Virus record (IMG/VR): IMGVR_UViG_3300050821_006962
Span: 27,133 to 91,132 of that record
DNA: 64,000 nt
Reading direction: 5' to 3' (one strand)
Source of the DNA: a virus
Taxonomy: Duplodnaviria > Heunggongvirae > Uroviricota > Caudoviricetes
The position numbers and the translations under genes are program-made. Positions 23,390 through 32,880 of the stretch are shown here, in pieces. The notes beneath the pieces are model-generated. The model ran no database searches. It saw nothing but the letters and a program-made list of their open reading frames with translations, and was not told where the DNA came from. How positions within the stretch are numbered: the stretch's first letter is position 1; each line of letters opens with the position of its first letter.

Positions 23390-23665
23390 ATGAAGCTAAT
23401 CCGCATCGAAGGACCCGCTGTCACGCTGACCTGTTACACCTGCCCTGCTACGGGTGTGGCAGGTTCTGAGCCGTACACAAACGCGTCAAGAGGCGAGGAG
23501 TGTATGCCGGAGGACTGGTATCGTGCAGATGGATGCTTGAACGTTTACTGCTCCCCATGCGCCGCGAAGCTTGTCCAGCAAGATGAGGCCCGAAGCGTGA
23601 ATCAGTTTTTCAGCGACACGGCGGGCAACGAGATTCTGCCAAGTATTTTACCGGACGAGCAATAA
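23390..23665 (+). CDS. Cys-rich protein
   Basis: ORF track. Confidence 0.45.
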   Translation: MKLIRIEGPAVTLTCYTCPATGVAGSEPYTNASRGEECMPEDWYRADGCLNVYCSPCAAKLVQQDEARSVNQFFSDTAGNEILPSILPDEQ

Positions 23666-23747
23666 ATTTATTTTTCATATAGGAGCCTTTTTGGTTTCTA
23701 GGAAAGCCAAATTCTGAACAAGCCACGACCCCTTTCATGCTCCCGAT

Positions 23748-24200
23748 GTGAAAGAAGAACAGAAAGAAAGGGCCAGAGCCAAACGCCTCTGGGATAACTA
23801 CAAGCTGACCATCGCGCAGTACGACGCAATCCTTGCGTATCAAGGCGGCGTTTGTTACGGCTGTCACCAAGCGGAGCCTGTAAAGGGTCGCCGTCTGTCT
23901 GTTGACCACGACCATGAGACGGGCGAGGTTCGCGGGCTGCTGTGTTCCCGCTGCAATCCGATTATCGGTAAGCTGGAGAACGCGTACAAGCGATACGGAC
24001 TCGGAAAGGTTACAGGTCTCACCGTGCTCATACTAGCCACTCGAATTGCGGAATATTTGCTGGTGCATCCGGCCAGCCGCGCGCTCGGCGCGCCGCATTT
24101 TGGATACCCGGGCCGGACGGGCACCAAGGCCCATCGAGCCCGCCTGCGACGTGAGAGGAAACTCACGACCCCAACCGCAGTTCCTTCACGAGGTAAATAA
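23748..24200 (+). CDS. endonuclease VII-like Holliday-junction resolvase (T4 gp49 family)
   Basis: CYGCHQ...LSVDHDHETGEVRGLLCSRCN matches the Endo VII Zn and catalytic motifs; GTG start. Confidence 0.6.
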   Translation: MKEEQKERARAKRLWDNYKLTIAQYDAILAYQGGVCYGCHQAEPVKGRRLSVDHDHETGEVRGLLCSRCNPIIGKLENAYKRYGLGKVTGLTVLILATRIAEYLLVHPASRALGAPHFGYPGRTGTKAHRARLRRERKLTTPTAVPSRGK

Positions 24201-24931
24201 TGGCAACCACACCCACTGCGGTAACGGCCACCACGACCACGACGCATCCAATCACTCACTGGATAAATGTCGTCAAAGCTCACGAAAAGCTCATAATCAC
24301 AGTGATTATCGCTTTCGTCCTCTGGCACTACGGCAACAAGGCATACGATGCGTACGGCAAGCATCTCGACGCCCAAGTCAAAACAGACAACGCGCAAATC
24401 GCACAAATCGAAAGGCAGAACGAGCAGAACGCAATCACTCTTCAACAGCTAGCGGTCACAGTGGCCGCGCAAGCGAAAATAGATGACGCGAAGATTGCAG
24501 TCGCGAAGCAGACCATCATTGTAAAACAGCAGGCGGACGCAGCTCTGCCGCTGCCCGAGTTATCCAAGCACTGGGCTGACATGCTCTCATTACAGCCTGC
24601 TGCCATCACGCCACAACCGAACGGCACCGTTGCAGTTACGACGGACGCCGCACACGCCACAGTCAACGAACTTGAAAAGGTAGGACCTCTCACAGACCAG
24701 CTTGCTGCGACACAAGACCAGCTCAAGGGCTGCACCGTTCTTAGCGCACAAAAAGACACTACCATCACCGGGCTGCAAGCAGATGTTGTTGCGAAGGACA
24801 AAAAGATTGGCGACGATGCGAAGCAGGCGAAGCATGATATACGCGCTGCGTATCGGCGCGGACTCAAGCACGGACTCATCATCGGCGTACCCGTTGGAAT
24901 CGCTCTAACAATTGCGGCAATAATCCACTAA
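24200..24931 (+). CDS. membrane-anchored coiled-coil protein
   Basis: TM segments near both termini. Confidence 0.5.
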   Translation: MATTPTAVTATTTTTHPITHWINVVKAHEKLIITVIIAFVLWHYGNKAYDAYGKHLDAQVKTDNAQIAQIERQNEQNAITLQQLAVTVAAQAKIDDAKIAVAKQTIIVKQQADAALPLPELSKHWADMLSLQPAAITPQPNGTVAVTTDAAHATVNELEKVGPLTDQLAATQDQLKGCTVLSAQKDTTITGLQADVVAKDKKIGDDAKQAKHDIRAAYRRGLKHGLIIGVPVGIALTIAAIIH

Positions 24932-24940
24932 GAGGAAAAC

Positions 24941-26581
24941 ATGAAGATATCTTCAGAAGAAGTGTCGGCAGCGTTCGACCGTAACAGCGGCAACATCCGC
25001 GCGACCGCGAAAGAGCTGGGCATCGCCCGTTCCTCGGTGCGTCGCCACTTGACGCCGCTCGGCAAGATGAAGAAACCGCTCGCCGGAGGTACGAAGCTCG
25101 GCACCAAGACCAAAGCGGCGAAGCTGCCGACCTCGGGCGGCGTAAAACGATTCATCGTCACCTCTGCGCAGAATAACACGCACGTTCACAAAGAGCTGCT
25201 CGCGAATCTGGAAGCGCTCGCGGATTTTTACAGCGCTGAGATTATCGTCGGGACCTACACCTACAATCAGAACCACTACGGTCAACTCAGCGTGAAGAAA
25301 GGCACGGATAAGCGCGCCGAGAAAGAGCTGTGGTATGACCCGGCCATCGAGAAGTACATCCGCGATGAGCGTATCGAGCTTGGCAAGGGTCTTGTGTGGT
25401 GCGGTGAGTACAACGCTCTGCCGACCAACGTGAACCCGCTCGCCGGACTGGAATCTTACACGGGCCGCAAGAGCGCCATCTTCCCGCACGCCAAGCTCGC
25501 TATGCGCAGCATCGCAACGATGCAGGGCGAGGGTGTGAAGCTGAACTACACCACGGGCACCGTGACCCAGCGCAACTACATTCAGAAGCGCGAAGGCGTC
25601 ATCGCCGAGTTTCATCACATCTACGGCGCGCTGCTCGTCGAGGTGAACTCGAAGGGCAACTGGTGGGTGCGTCAGCTGAATCAGGACGAGGGCACCGGGA
25701 CGCTGCAAGATTTGAACGTGCTCGTGAAGGACGGCGTGGTTCAACAAGGGGAAGCGCGCGTTGAAGCCATTACGTATGGCGACTTGCACGGCGTCTTTGC
25801 GGATGAGGATGTTGTTGCAGCCTCGCTGGATATGCGTGACGCGCTGGTGCCGAAGTATCAGTTCCTGCACGACATCATGGAGGGCGCGGCGGTCAATCCG
25901 CACCAGCGCAAGTACAACACGAATCATGAGAAGTTCCACACGTGGCTGCGCGGCTACCACAAGCTCGACAACGAGCTGGTCGACACGGTGAAGCTGTTGA
26001 ACCGCTACCACCGCAGCGACATCGAGACCTTTGTTGTCGATTCGAATCACGATGACGCGTGGATTAAGAAGTGGCTGCGTGAGTACGATTATCGCAAGGA
26101 CCCGCCGAACACCGAAATCTTTTTGAATCTGCAATCGTATCTGTACGGCCAGATTCGCAACGGCGTCACCGACGAGGAGTCTCGCGCTCGCACCGCAAAG
26201 CCGAAGTTTGTGCGCGACGTGAACGTGCTCGAATACGCGCTGAAAGAAGTTGGCGGCTTCACCGCTCCGTTCTACTTCTTGAAGGCCGACGAGTCGTGCT
26301 TGAGCTGCAATCGCAAGATTGAAAACGGCATGCACGGTCACCTCGGCCCCTCGGGCAAGTTTGGCAGCCCCGCAGAGCTGTCGAAGATGGGACGCAAGGC
26401 CAACACGGCCCACACCCACTCGACGGGCATCTGGAACGGGCTGTACGTCGCGGGCACCAGCTCGAAGCTGCGCTGGGATTACACGAAGGGTCCGTCGAAC
26501 TGGACGCACTCGCACATCGTGACGTACCCGAACGGTAAACGTACCATCGTGACTATATACGATGGGAAGTGGAGAGCATAA
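24941..26581 (+). CDS. N-terminal HTH plus calcineurin-like metallophosphoesterase protein
   Basis: Fis/NtrC-like HTH (NIRATAKELGIARSSVRRHL); GDLHG...SNHD phosphoesterase motifs. Confidence 0.55.
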   Translation: MKISSEEVSAAFDRNSGNIRATAKELGIARSSVRRHLTPLGKMKKPLAGGTKLGTKTKAAKLPTSGGVKRFIVTSAQNNTHVHKELLANLEALADFYSAEIIVGTYTYNQNHYGQLSVKKGTDKRAEKELWYDPAIEKYIRDERIELGKGLVWCGEYNALPTNVNPLAGLESYTGRKSAIFPHAKLAMRSIATMQGEGVKLNYTTGTVTQRNYIQKREGVIAEFHHIYGALLVEVNSKGNWWVRQLNQDEGTGTLQDLNVLVKDGVVQQGEARVEAITYGDLHGVFADEDVVAASLDMRDALVPKYQFLHDIMEGAAVNPHQRKYNTNHEKFHTWLRGYHKLDNELVDTVKLLNRYHRSDIETFVVDSNHDDAWIKKWLREYDYRKDPPNTEIFLNLQSYLYGQIRNGVTDEESRARTAKPKFVRDVNVLEYALKEVGGFTAPFYFLKADESCLSCNRKIENGMHGHLGPSGKFGSPAELSKMGRKANTAHTHSTGIWNGLYVAGTSSKLRWDYTKGPSNWTHSHIVTYPNGKRTIVTIYDGKWRA

Positions 26582-27336
26582 TGAATGTTACGATTGACGG
26601 ACGCGAGGTGGGTACGCAAACATGTTCGAAGTGTCACGGAGATTTGACTCCTCTTCAGCGCAGACTTGCGTATTCTTGTCCAGATTATTGCTGGAACTGC
26701 AATCAAGAGTATCGTACAGAGAAAATGGCATCGGTTCTGGAGACGAGGGACGAAGCAAATAGAAGAATTCTCGGTGGAAAAGGAAGCGCTAATAAGAGTG
26801 CAGCGCATGTAGCGAAACTTCTTGGAAAGACTGAAGAGTGGGTTAAATCCGAACAAGAAAAATTGAAAGCCGAGATAAAGGCTCAATCTGGCAAAGCCCA
26901 GACCTTGACACAGGCAGCCGTGGTGAAGCAACGAGTACCGTTCGATGATTCCAGCGAGAACCTTGAACGAATCGCAAACCACGTTGTGGTCCCTCGCGGC
27001 CCCGGAGAGAATCGCACACCTACTGGACCTCGTAAGCCGTCAGTTTTTCGCGAGCGCACGGAATACCAAGAACCCGCCAACGAGTATGCTCGCTCGAAGG
27101 GTTTGTTTGTGGCAGTAATGGACCGCGATGGTTTTCCTGACAATCTTTATCTTATTCCCGGGAATCCTATCCCATTCGGCGTGGAGTGGAAAGCAGAGGG
27201 AGAGGAGCCGTCGCCTAAGCAGGCGCAGAGAGTTTTGAAACTTCGCGAATGGTGGGATGTGCGTGTGCTCGACAATCTTGAAACTTTCGAGACTTTGGTA
27301 GACACATTCATATCCCAGCAGAAGGTGGTCGCATGA
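26581..27336 (+). CDS. hypothetical protein with an N-terminal Zn finger
   Basis: CSKCHG...CPDYCWNC. Confidence 0.5.
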   Translation: MNVTIDGREVGTQTCSKCHGDLTPLQRRLAYSCPDYCWNCNQEYRTEKMASVLETRDEANRRILGGKGSANKSAAHVAKLLGKTEEWVKSEQEKLKAEIKAQSGKAQTLTQAAVVKQRVPFDDSSENLERIANHVVVPRGPGENRTPTGPRKPSVFRERTEYQEPANEYARSKGLFVAVMDRDGFPDNLYLIPGNPIPFGVEWKAEGEEPSPKQAQRVLKLREWWDVRVLDNLETFETLVDTFISQQKVVA

Positions 27337-27542
27337 AGCTAGTCGGCGCAGAATCAACCGAACGCAAACCACGCAAGGTGCAGCCACCGAAGCGCGTCAT
27401 CTACTTCACAGGCTCTCTCGCCTGCCAGCGCTGCCCGGTCGAGTGGGCCGTGGTCGACCTGAATCCGGAGCACAAGGTCGTAAAGTGTCCGAAGTGCGGA
27501 GAACCAAACGATATCCGAGAGGCAATCAAGAGGGCCTTATGA
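27333..27542 (+). CDS. Zn-ribbon protein
   Basis: CQRC...CPKCG. Confidence 0.5.
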   Translation: MKLVGAESTERKPRKVQPPKRVIYFTGSLACQRCPVEWAVVDLNPEHKVVKCPKCGEPNDIREAIKRAL

Positions 27543-28102
27543 AATTGAAGCTCATGATTCTTGGCTACGCGCGACACGGCAAAGATACGGTCGCTGAGAT
27601 TCTGCGTGACAATCTCGGGCTGAAATTCATGTCTTCCTCTTTCGCTGCTGCTGAGAGAGTGATGGTCCCGTTCCTCGCAACAAAAGGAATAATCTATAAG
27701 AGTCTTGATGAGTGTTACGCCGACCGCGTCAATCACCGCCAAGACTGGTACGAACAAATCAAGGCGTTCAACACGCCGGACGGCGCGCGACTGGCTCGGG
27801 AGATTTACAAAAACAACGACGTCTATGTTGGTATGCGCAATCACGAAGAGCTGGAGGCGGTACGCAAAGAGGGACTGTATAACTACAGCATCTGGGTGGA
27901 CCGCAGCAAGCACATTGCTCCCGAGTCGTCGGCATCTTGCTCGGTTACACCAGAGATGGCAAACTACATCATAGATAACAACGGGACGCTGGAACAGCTC
28001 AAGACAAACACGCTGGCCTTGTACTGGAATCTTATCAGCTTGGAGTACGCAGGGAAGCTGCGCTTTTATCAGTATGAAGCGAGTCAGAAAGGACACGAGT
28101 GA
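27539..28102 (+). CDS. deoxynucleoside monophosphate kinase (T4 gp1-like)
   Basis: MKLKLMILGYARHGKDTVAE resembles the T4 dNMP kinase N-terminus MKLIFLSGVKRSGKDT. Confidence 0.55.
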   Translation: MKLKLMILGYARHGKDTVAEILRDNLGLKFMSSSFAAAERVMVPFLATKGIIYKSLDECYADRVNHRQDWYEQIKAFNTPDGARLAREIYKNNDVYVGMRNHEELEAVRKEGLYNYSIWVDRSKHIAPESSASCSVTPEMANYIIDNNGTLEQLKTNTLALYWNLISLEYAGKLRFYQYEASQKGHE

Positions 28103-28650
28103 GCAACGCCACGATTCTCACGGCCAGTGGTTTGACGTTCGATATTCTTGATACTACACCAGAAATGGTGTGCATCGATGATATCGCGCACGCTCTCAGT
28201 CAAGGCAATCGATTTACTGGGCACACTAAGTTTCCTTACCCGGTGAGCCAGCACAGCAGACTGGGGAGCTACATAATTCCACAAGTTTATGCGCTCCGCT
28301 TCCTTTTGCACGACGCGAGCGAAGCGTACTTAGGTGATATGAATCGACCATTAAAGCACTTCACCCCGGCGGGCATCGAGTACCGAAAGGTCGAGAACCG
28401 AATTCAGGAAATCATTTATAGCAAGTTTGGGTTGCACGGAGAAGACCCGGAAATAATCCACGACATCGATAATCAGATGCTCTACGCGGAGAAGGCTCAA
28501 ATTATGGCACCAACCGAGTGGAGAAACCAGTGGAGCAAGGACAAAAAGGCAGCCGATGTAAAGATTTTGGAGACGACGTTCCGGGTGAACAAAGCACTGT
28601 TCCTCGACCGCTTCTACAATATTCTTTACTACGGCGGACCTCAACTTTAG
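28099..28650 (+). CDS. HD-domain 5'-deoxynucleotidase (YfbR-like)
   Basis: H...HD...D motif (LLHDASEAYLGD). Confidence 0.55.
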   Translation: MSNATILTASGLTFDILDTTPEMVCIDDIAHALSQGNRFTGHTKFPYPVSQHSRLGSYIIPQVYALRFLLHDASEAYLGDMNRPLKHFTPAGIEYRKVENRIQEIIYSKFGLHGEDPEIIHDIDNQMLYAEKAQIMAPTEWRNQWSKDKKAADVKILETTFRVNKALFLDRFYNILYYGGPQL

Positions 28651-28659
28651 GAGAAAACA

Positions 28660-29010
28660 ATGATTAAGGACGCAACGATTCGTACCATCGCGTGTGACGG
28701 ACCCGCATGCGAGAAGCAGGTCATCTTCGAGCAAGGTGACAAGAGCGTGTTTGAGAAGCCGGAGAACGAGTGGCTCAAAAACAGCCGCATCGTCAGCACC
28801 AATGATGGCCGCGTGCTCGCGTACTGCTCCGACACCTGCGAGGTGAACAGCATCACCGCAGGCAAGCACAACGTTCAAGAGCAGCCGAAGATTGAACACA
28901 ACGCGAACCCCGCAGCCATCGCGCTCGCGGCGCAAGCAGCAGCTCGCGCTCGTCAGGCCGACCAAGCTCTTCGCGACGGAAAGGGCGGCATTCAGGTCGC
29001 GCCCCGGTAA
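28660..29010 (+). CDS. hypothetical protein
   Basis: ORF track. Confidence 0.45.
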   Translation: MIKDATIRTIACDGPACEKQVIFEQGDKSVFEKPENEWLKNSRIVSTNDGRVLAYCSDTCEVNSITAGKHNVQEQPKIEHNANPAAIALAAQAAARARQADQALRDGKGGIQVAPR

Positions 29011-29360
29011 TGCAAACCCTGATTCGATTTAACGGGCACGTCAATCACAAGGGACGCGGAGACGGTCTCCCTGAGACTATCTACGCGTTCCGAGTTTTGC
29101 AAGACCCTGATGCGGAACTCATAAACAAGGTTATTGAGCACCAGATTAACACTTTTACGAGCAGACAGATGATGTTTGTTCAACGGAACCAGAACGAGAT
29201 GGTTGATTTGTATTCGAATCTCACAAGTCAAATGGCCGTCCCGTTTCACAATCTGGCCTGCATCGACACAGACGTGATACCAATGGTGGGCGAACTGAGC
29301 ACCGCAGATGAAAGCGGTAAGGAACTTCTACCGAACGGCGAGGAGCCAGTGAAGCAATGA
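29010..29360 (+). CDS. hypothetical protein
   Basis: ORF track. Confidence 0.45.
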   Translation: MQTLIRFNGHVNHKGRGDGLPETIYAFRVLQDPDAELINKVIEHQINTFTSRQMMFVQRNQNEMVDLYSNLTSQMAVPFHNLACIDTDVIPMVGELSTADESGKELLPNGEEPVKQ

Positions 29361-30079
29361 TAGTCCTCGGTTTCGATTTGGAGAGCACTGGCCTCGATAA
29401 GGTTAATGACCGCCCAATCGAGGCCGCGATGGCGCTATGGACCACGAAGTTCAACCGCAGCTTGGACACGCGGGCCATTCTCATTCAGTCGGACGGTGTC
29501 AAAGTCACCGATGAGATTACCGAGATTACGGGAATCAACCAGAGCATGGTCGACAAGTTCGGCTACACGCCGGAAGAAGCTTACGACGAGATGATGTACT
29601 TCGTGGAGCGCGCGGAGGCCTTGGTCGCCTTCAACGGCAAGCGCTTCGATGTGCCGATGTGCCAGCAGTGGGCGAAGCGGCTCGGCAAGCAATTCCCAGA
29701 CAAGCTCGTCATTGACCCGTTCACGGACCTCCCGATGCGCGGTCAAGAGCAGATTACGATGTGCGCCAAGATGGGCTTCTGCTACGATGCGCACGAGGCC
29801 GGGGCGGACGTTGGCGCGATGCTCCGCTTGATGGGCAAGTTTGACTTCAATATTGTCTTGACAAGAGCGCAGAGTCCTGTTATAGTAGTACGCTCACTTC
29901 AAGGCCGCAACGAGAACGACAAAGCAAAGAAACACAAGTTTCGCTGGAACCCCGACCGTAAAATTTGGTGGAAGGCCATCAAGCAGATGGACGTGGACGA
30001 GCTTGCTAAAGCAGTCAACGGGGAATTCAGGATGGAAATTCTAGACCTCCAACCGGAGGATTTGGAAGACCCGCAGTAA
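29357..30079 (+). CDS. DnaQ-like DEDD 3'-5' exonuclease
   Basis: Exo I GFDLESTGL; Exo III YDAHEAGADV. Confidence 0.6.
   Translation: MIVLGFDLESTGLDKVNDRPIEAAMALWTTKFNRSLDTRAILIQSDGVKVTDEITEITGINQSMVDKFGYTPEEAYDEMMYFVERAEALVAFNGKRFDVPMCQQWAKRLGKQFPDKLVIDPFTDLPMRGQEQITMCAKMGFCYDAHEAGADVGAMLRLMGKFDFNIVLTRAQSPVIVVRSLQGRNENDKAKKHKFRWNPDRKIWWKAIKQMDVDELAKAVNGEFRMEILDLQPEDLEDPQ
29858..29886 (+). promoter_or_regulatory. internal sigma70-like promoter (TTGACA-17-TATAGT)
   Basis: Lies inside the exonuclease gene; would drive the gene at 30111. Confidence 0.4.
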
Positions 30080-30110
30080 ACTCAAAGCGCACAGCGCATA
30101 GGAGAAACAA

Positions 30111-30752
30111 ATGAACATTGGACAAGGAAAGGTATTTGAAAAGGCAGTAGGCGGTTCGTACCTCGGCACAATCATCGATGTTGTTGACATGCCGAATCAA
30201 ACCTCGACTATCAATGGCGTACTCACAACCGTTGACCGCGTTCGAATTCAGTGGGTCCTTTCCCACATCAACGGCGCGCCTTATCTCGATAAGGAAAACC
30301 AGCCGATGACGGTGGTTGCGATGCCGACTGCAAAAATGGCACCAAAATCGAAGCTGTATAAACTGCTGGTCCAAATCTTGAATGCTGCACCTCCGCTCAT
30401 CACGAGCACGGAAGACCTCGCGCGCTTGCTTCTCGGTCGCTCGAATCAACTCTTCCTTACTCAGGAGCCGAGCACCAAGGTCGCGGGCGAATTCTATACC
30501 AATGTCGCCGGGATTGCTCCGCTGCCTCCGGGCGTAGCAGGCCCTCAGGCTCCCGCTGGCTTCGTTCGTCAGCAGAACCGTCCGAAGACGCAGGCAGGTC
30601 TTCAAGGCCAGCCCGTGCAGACGTACGCCGCGCCGCAGACTCAGCAGTTTGCTCCGCCTCCGGCGAACAACGTGTCGTTCGCTCCCGTGCCTCAACCGGG
30701 TGCTCCCATAGCGCCGCAGGCAGGCAAGCCAACGGGTAACGAAGCGTTCTAG
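30111..30752 (+). CDS. hypothetical protein with a Pro/Gln-rich C-terminal tail (possible ssDNA-binding protein)
   Basis: Position between the exonuclease and primase genes; low-complexity tail like SSB linkers but no DDIPF-type tip. Confidence 0.4.
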   Translation: MNIGQGKVFEKAVGGSYLGTIIDVVDMPNQTSTINGVLTTVDRVRIQWVLSHINGAPYLDKENQPMTVVAMPTAKMAPKSKLYKLLVQILNAAPPLITSTEDLARLLLGRSNQLFLTQEPSTKVAGEFYTNVAGIAPLPPGVAGPQAPAGFVRQQNRPKTQAGLQGQPVQTYAAPQTQQFAPPPANNVSFAPVPQPGAPIAPQAGKPTGNEAF

Positions 30753-30791
30753 TTTCCCTCGAAACCTGAAAGCCGAGGGAGATAACAAGGC

Positions 30792-30822
30792 TTGACGCCC
30801 ACGCCAGAGCGCGTGGTATAAT
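30792..30822 (+). promoter_or_regulatory. promoter TTGACG-19-TATAAT with operator-like inverted repeat CCACGC-N7-GCGTGG in the spacer
   Basis: Upstream of the primase gene. Confidence 0.45.
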
Positions 30823-30837
30823 TCGAATCGAGGGCAA

Positions 30838-32880
30838 ATGAGTTTTTTAGATATAGCTAAGCCATTAGCTTTGATGGGCGTCCCGATGACGCCCGTGCGA
30901 CCGGGCACAAAGAGAGCCTTCCTTCCGGACTTCCCCACGACTGCGACCACCGACCTTGCGCAAATAACTGCGTGGGATATTCAACATCCGGACTGTAATG
31001 CTGCGTGCGTCGCTCGTGCGGAGCAAGGCGGAGTCTGGTTCTTCGAGGTTGACTCGCCGGATGTAATCCCCCGCTTGGAGAAGCAGACGGGGCAGACAAT
31101 GCCGAACACCTTTAAGGTGCGCAGCCGTCCCGGGCGCGGCCACTTTTATTTCCGTCACACGCCGCGCTCGATGGCGATGGGCAACATTTCACAGACGTAT
31201 GTTATCGGGCAAGATTGGTCTGTTCGCACGAATCGCGAGTATGTCGTCGCTCCCGGGAGTATCCATCCGGAAACGAAGCAGCCGTATACCGCGCTCAGCT
31301 GGGATACGCCGATTGTGGAAGCTCCCGATTGGCTCATCGATTGGCTGCTCGACCAAAAAATTCAAAAGACGGCTACTATCACAGGGAAGACAGAAGCGCC
31401 GCGTAATGAGCGCGGGTTAGTGCCGCACGGAAGCATTCACGGCTACCTTCTTACGGAAGCCGGACGCCTCCGCAACATGGGGCTGGGTGAAGAGGCCATC
31501 CGTGTCGCGCTTCGCGAACTGGTAGAGAAGAACTGCCAGCCGCCCATCGACTGGAACAAAGTTGATGCGATGGCGAAGTCCATCTGCAACTTTCCCGCAG
31601 GCGAGAATACAACTCTCGTCATGAATCAGGTCCCGACTCAGACAGCGGCAGAAGAGCCGGAAGAAGAGCTGAGCTTTGAGACCATCGAATATCCGGTGTT
31701 CCCGCATTGGGTCATGGAGGGCACCAGCATCTACGAAGGCTTCGCGAAGCCGTACTGCGATAAGAATTCGCGCATCGATTACTTCATGTGGGCACCCGCC
31801 GCCGCAATGATGATGAATTACCTCGGCACCAAGGTTACCGTGCCGTACTCATCGTGGAAGCCGAGCTTTTACATCGTGCTCATCGGCAAGCGCGGCAGCA
31901 CCAACAAGTCGTCTTCGATGAAAGATGGAATGCGCTATCTCGAACTCGCGAACGTGCTCACTCACTACTCGAAGGGGCTGAAGAATTCGGACGGCAAGGC
32001 GGTCGTGTGGGAGGCCGGGTCAGCAGAGGGCCTTGGCACCGACATGATGCGCATCAACTGCACGGGCGTCATTCTGTTCTACGACGAACTCTCGGCGCTC
32101 ATCTCCAAGGCCCGCATCGAGAACAGCAGCCTTTATAGCGCGATGCTAAAGATGTACGAGTCCGCGCCATTCTCCAACTCCGTGAAGTCGAAGAGAGACG
32201 CGTTCGACATCAAGGAGGGAAGCTACTGCGCGACGCTTATCACCGCAACGACAGATAAAAAATTCATGGAGCTGTGGTCTCAACTCGCCGGGGAAGACAC
32301 CGGGCTGAACGACCGCTTCACGTGGATATTAGAGCCAAGAGAGCTGCCGAAGAAGAGACTGGAGCACGTCGTCAACTATGCGGAAGCCGCCCTCGTGACT
32401 CGGAAGCTTATCGATAAGGCCGTTGAGAAGCGCACCTACCAGTTCTTCGACAAGACCCCGCTGATGAAGACGCTGGAGATGTACGACAACCGAGCCGCAG
32501 GTCGCGCGGAGAAGTGGGCGCTCTATTTCGCTATCGACTTGGGCCTGCCCGAGATTGATGAAGACTGCGTGGAGCGCGGCATCGAGATGGTGAAGTACGA
32601 GTATGCGGTGAAGGACTATCTGGAGGTCTTCGAGGCCAAGAACGACGAGTCTGCGATTCAGCAAGGCACGCTTCGGCTGCTCCGCAAAAATGGCGGCGTG
32701 ATGGAGAAGAATACCCTGATTCGCGCGCTGAATTATAACAAGTACGGGCTCTCGGTCTGGAACAAGGCGTACTACCAACTGGTCAACTGCGGTTTCGTTG
32801 TCGAGGAGGGCAAGGGCTGCAAAGGCAGCCCGAAGATGGTTCGCATGATTCGCGATATGAAGGGCGGCGAGGATGATTGA
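30838..32880 (+). CDS. bifunctional primase-polymerase (Prim-Pol) / P4-D5-type helicase
   Basis: N-terminal Prim-Pol-like region; Walker A GKRGSTNKSS. Confidence 0.6.
   Translation: MSFLDIAKPLALMGVPMTPVRPGTKRAFLPDFPTTATTDLAQITAWDIQHPDCNAACVARAEQGGVWFFEVDSPDVIPRLEKQTGQTMPNTFKVRSRPGRGHFYFRHTPRSMAMGNISQTYVIGQDWSVRTNREYVVAPGSIHPETKQPYTALSWDTPIVEAPDWLIDWLLDQKIQKTATITGKTEAPRNERGLVPHGSIHGYLLTEAGRLRNMGLGEEAIRVALRELVEKNCQPPIDWNKVDAMAKSICNFPAGENTTLVMNQVPTQTAAEEPEEELSFETIEYPVFPHWVMEGTSIYEGFAKPYCDKNSRIDYFMWAPAAAMMMNYLGTKVTVPYSSWKPSFYIVLIGKRGSTNKSSSMKDGMRYLELANVLTHYSKGLKNSDGKAVVWEAGSAEGLGTDMMRINCTGVILFYDELSALISKARIENSSLYSAMLKMYESAPFSNSVKSKRDAFDIKEGSYCATLITATTDKKFMELWSQLAGEDTGLNDRFTWILEPRELPKKRLEHVVNYAEAALVTRKLIDKAVEKRTYQFFDKTPLMKTLEMYDNRAAGRAEKWALYFAIDLGLPEIDEDCVERGIEMVKYEYAVKDYLEVFEAKNDESAIQQGTLRLLRKNGGVMEKNTLIRALNYNKYGLSVWNKAYYQLVNCGFVVEEGKGCKGSPKMVRMIRDMKGGEDD

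Noticed and set aside
24953-26515. 520-aa minus-strand ORF, and similar long antisense ORFs at 30027-30950, 27401-28096, 28351-28965, 47718-48311, 49227-50090, 50182-50841 and 62120-63235
   Set aside because: They lie antisense to well-supported plus-strand genes with RBSs and recognisable domains. They have Arg/Ala/Leu-rich low-complexity translations typical of high-GC shadow frames and no start context.
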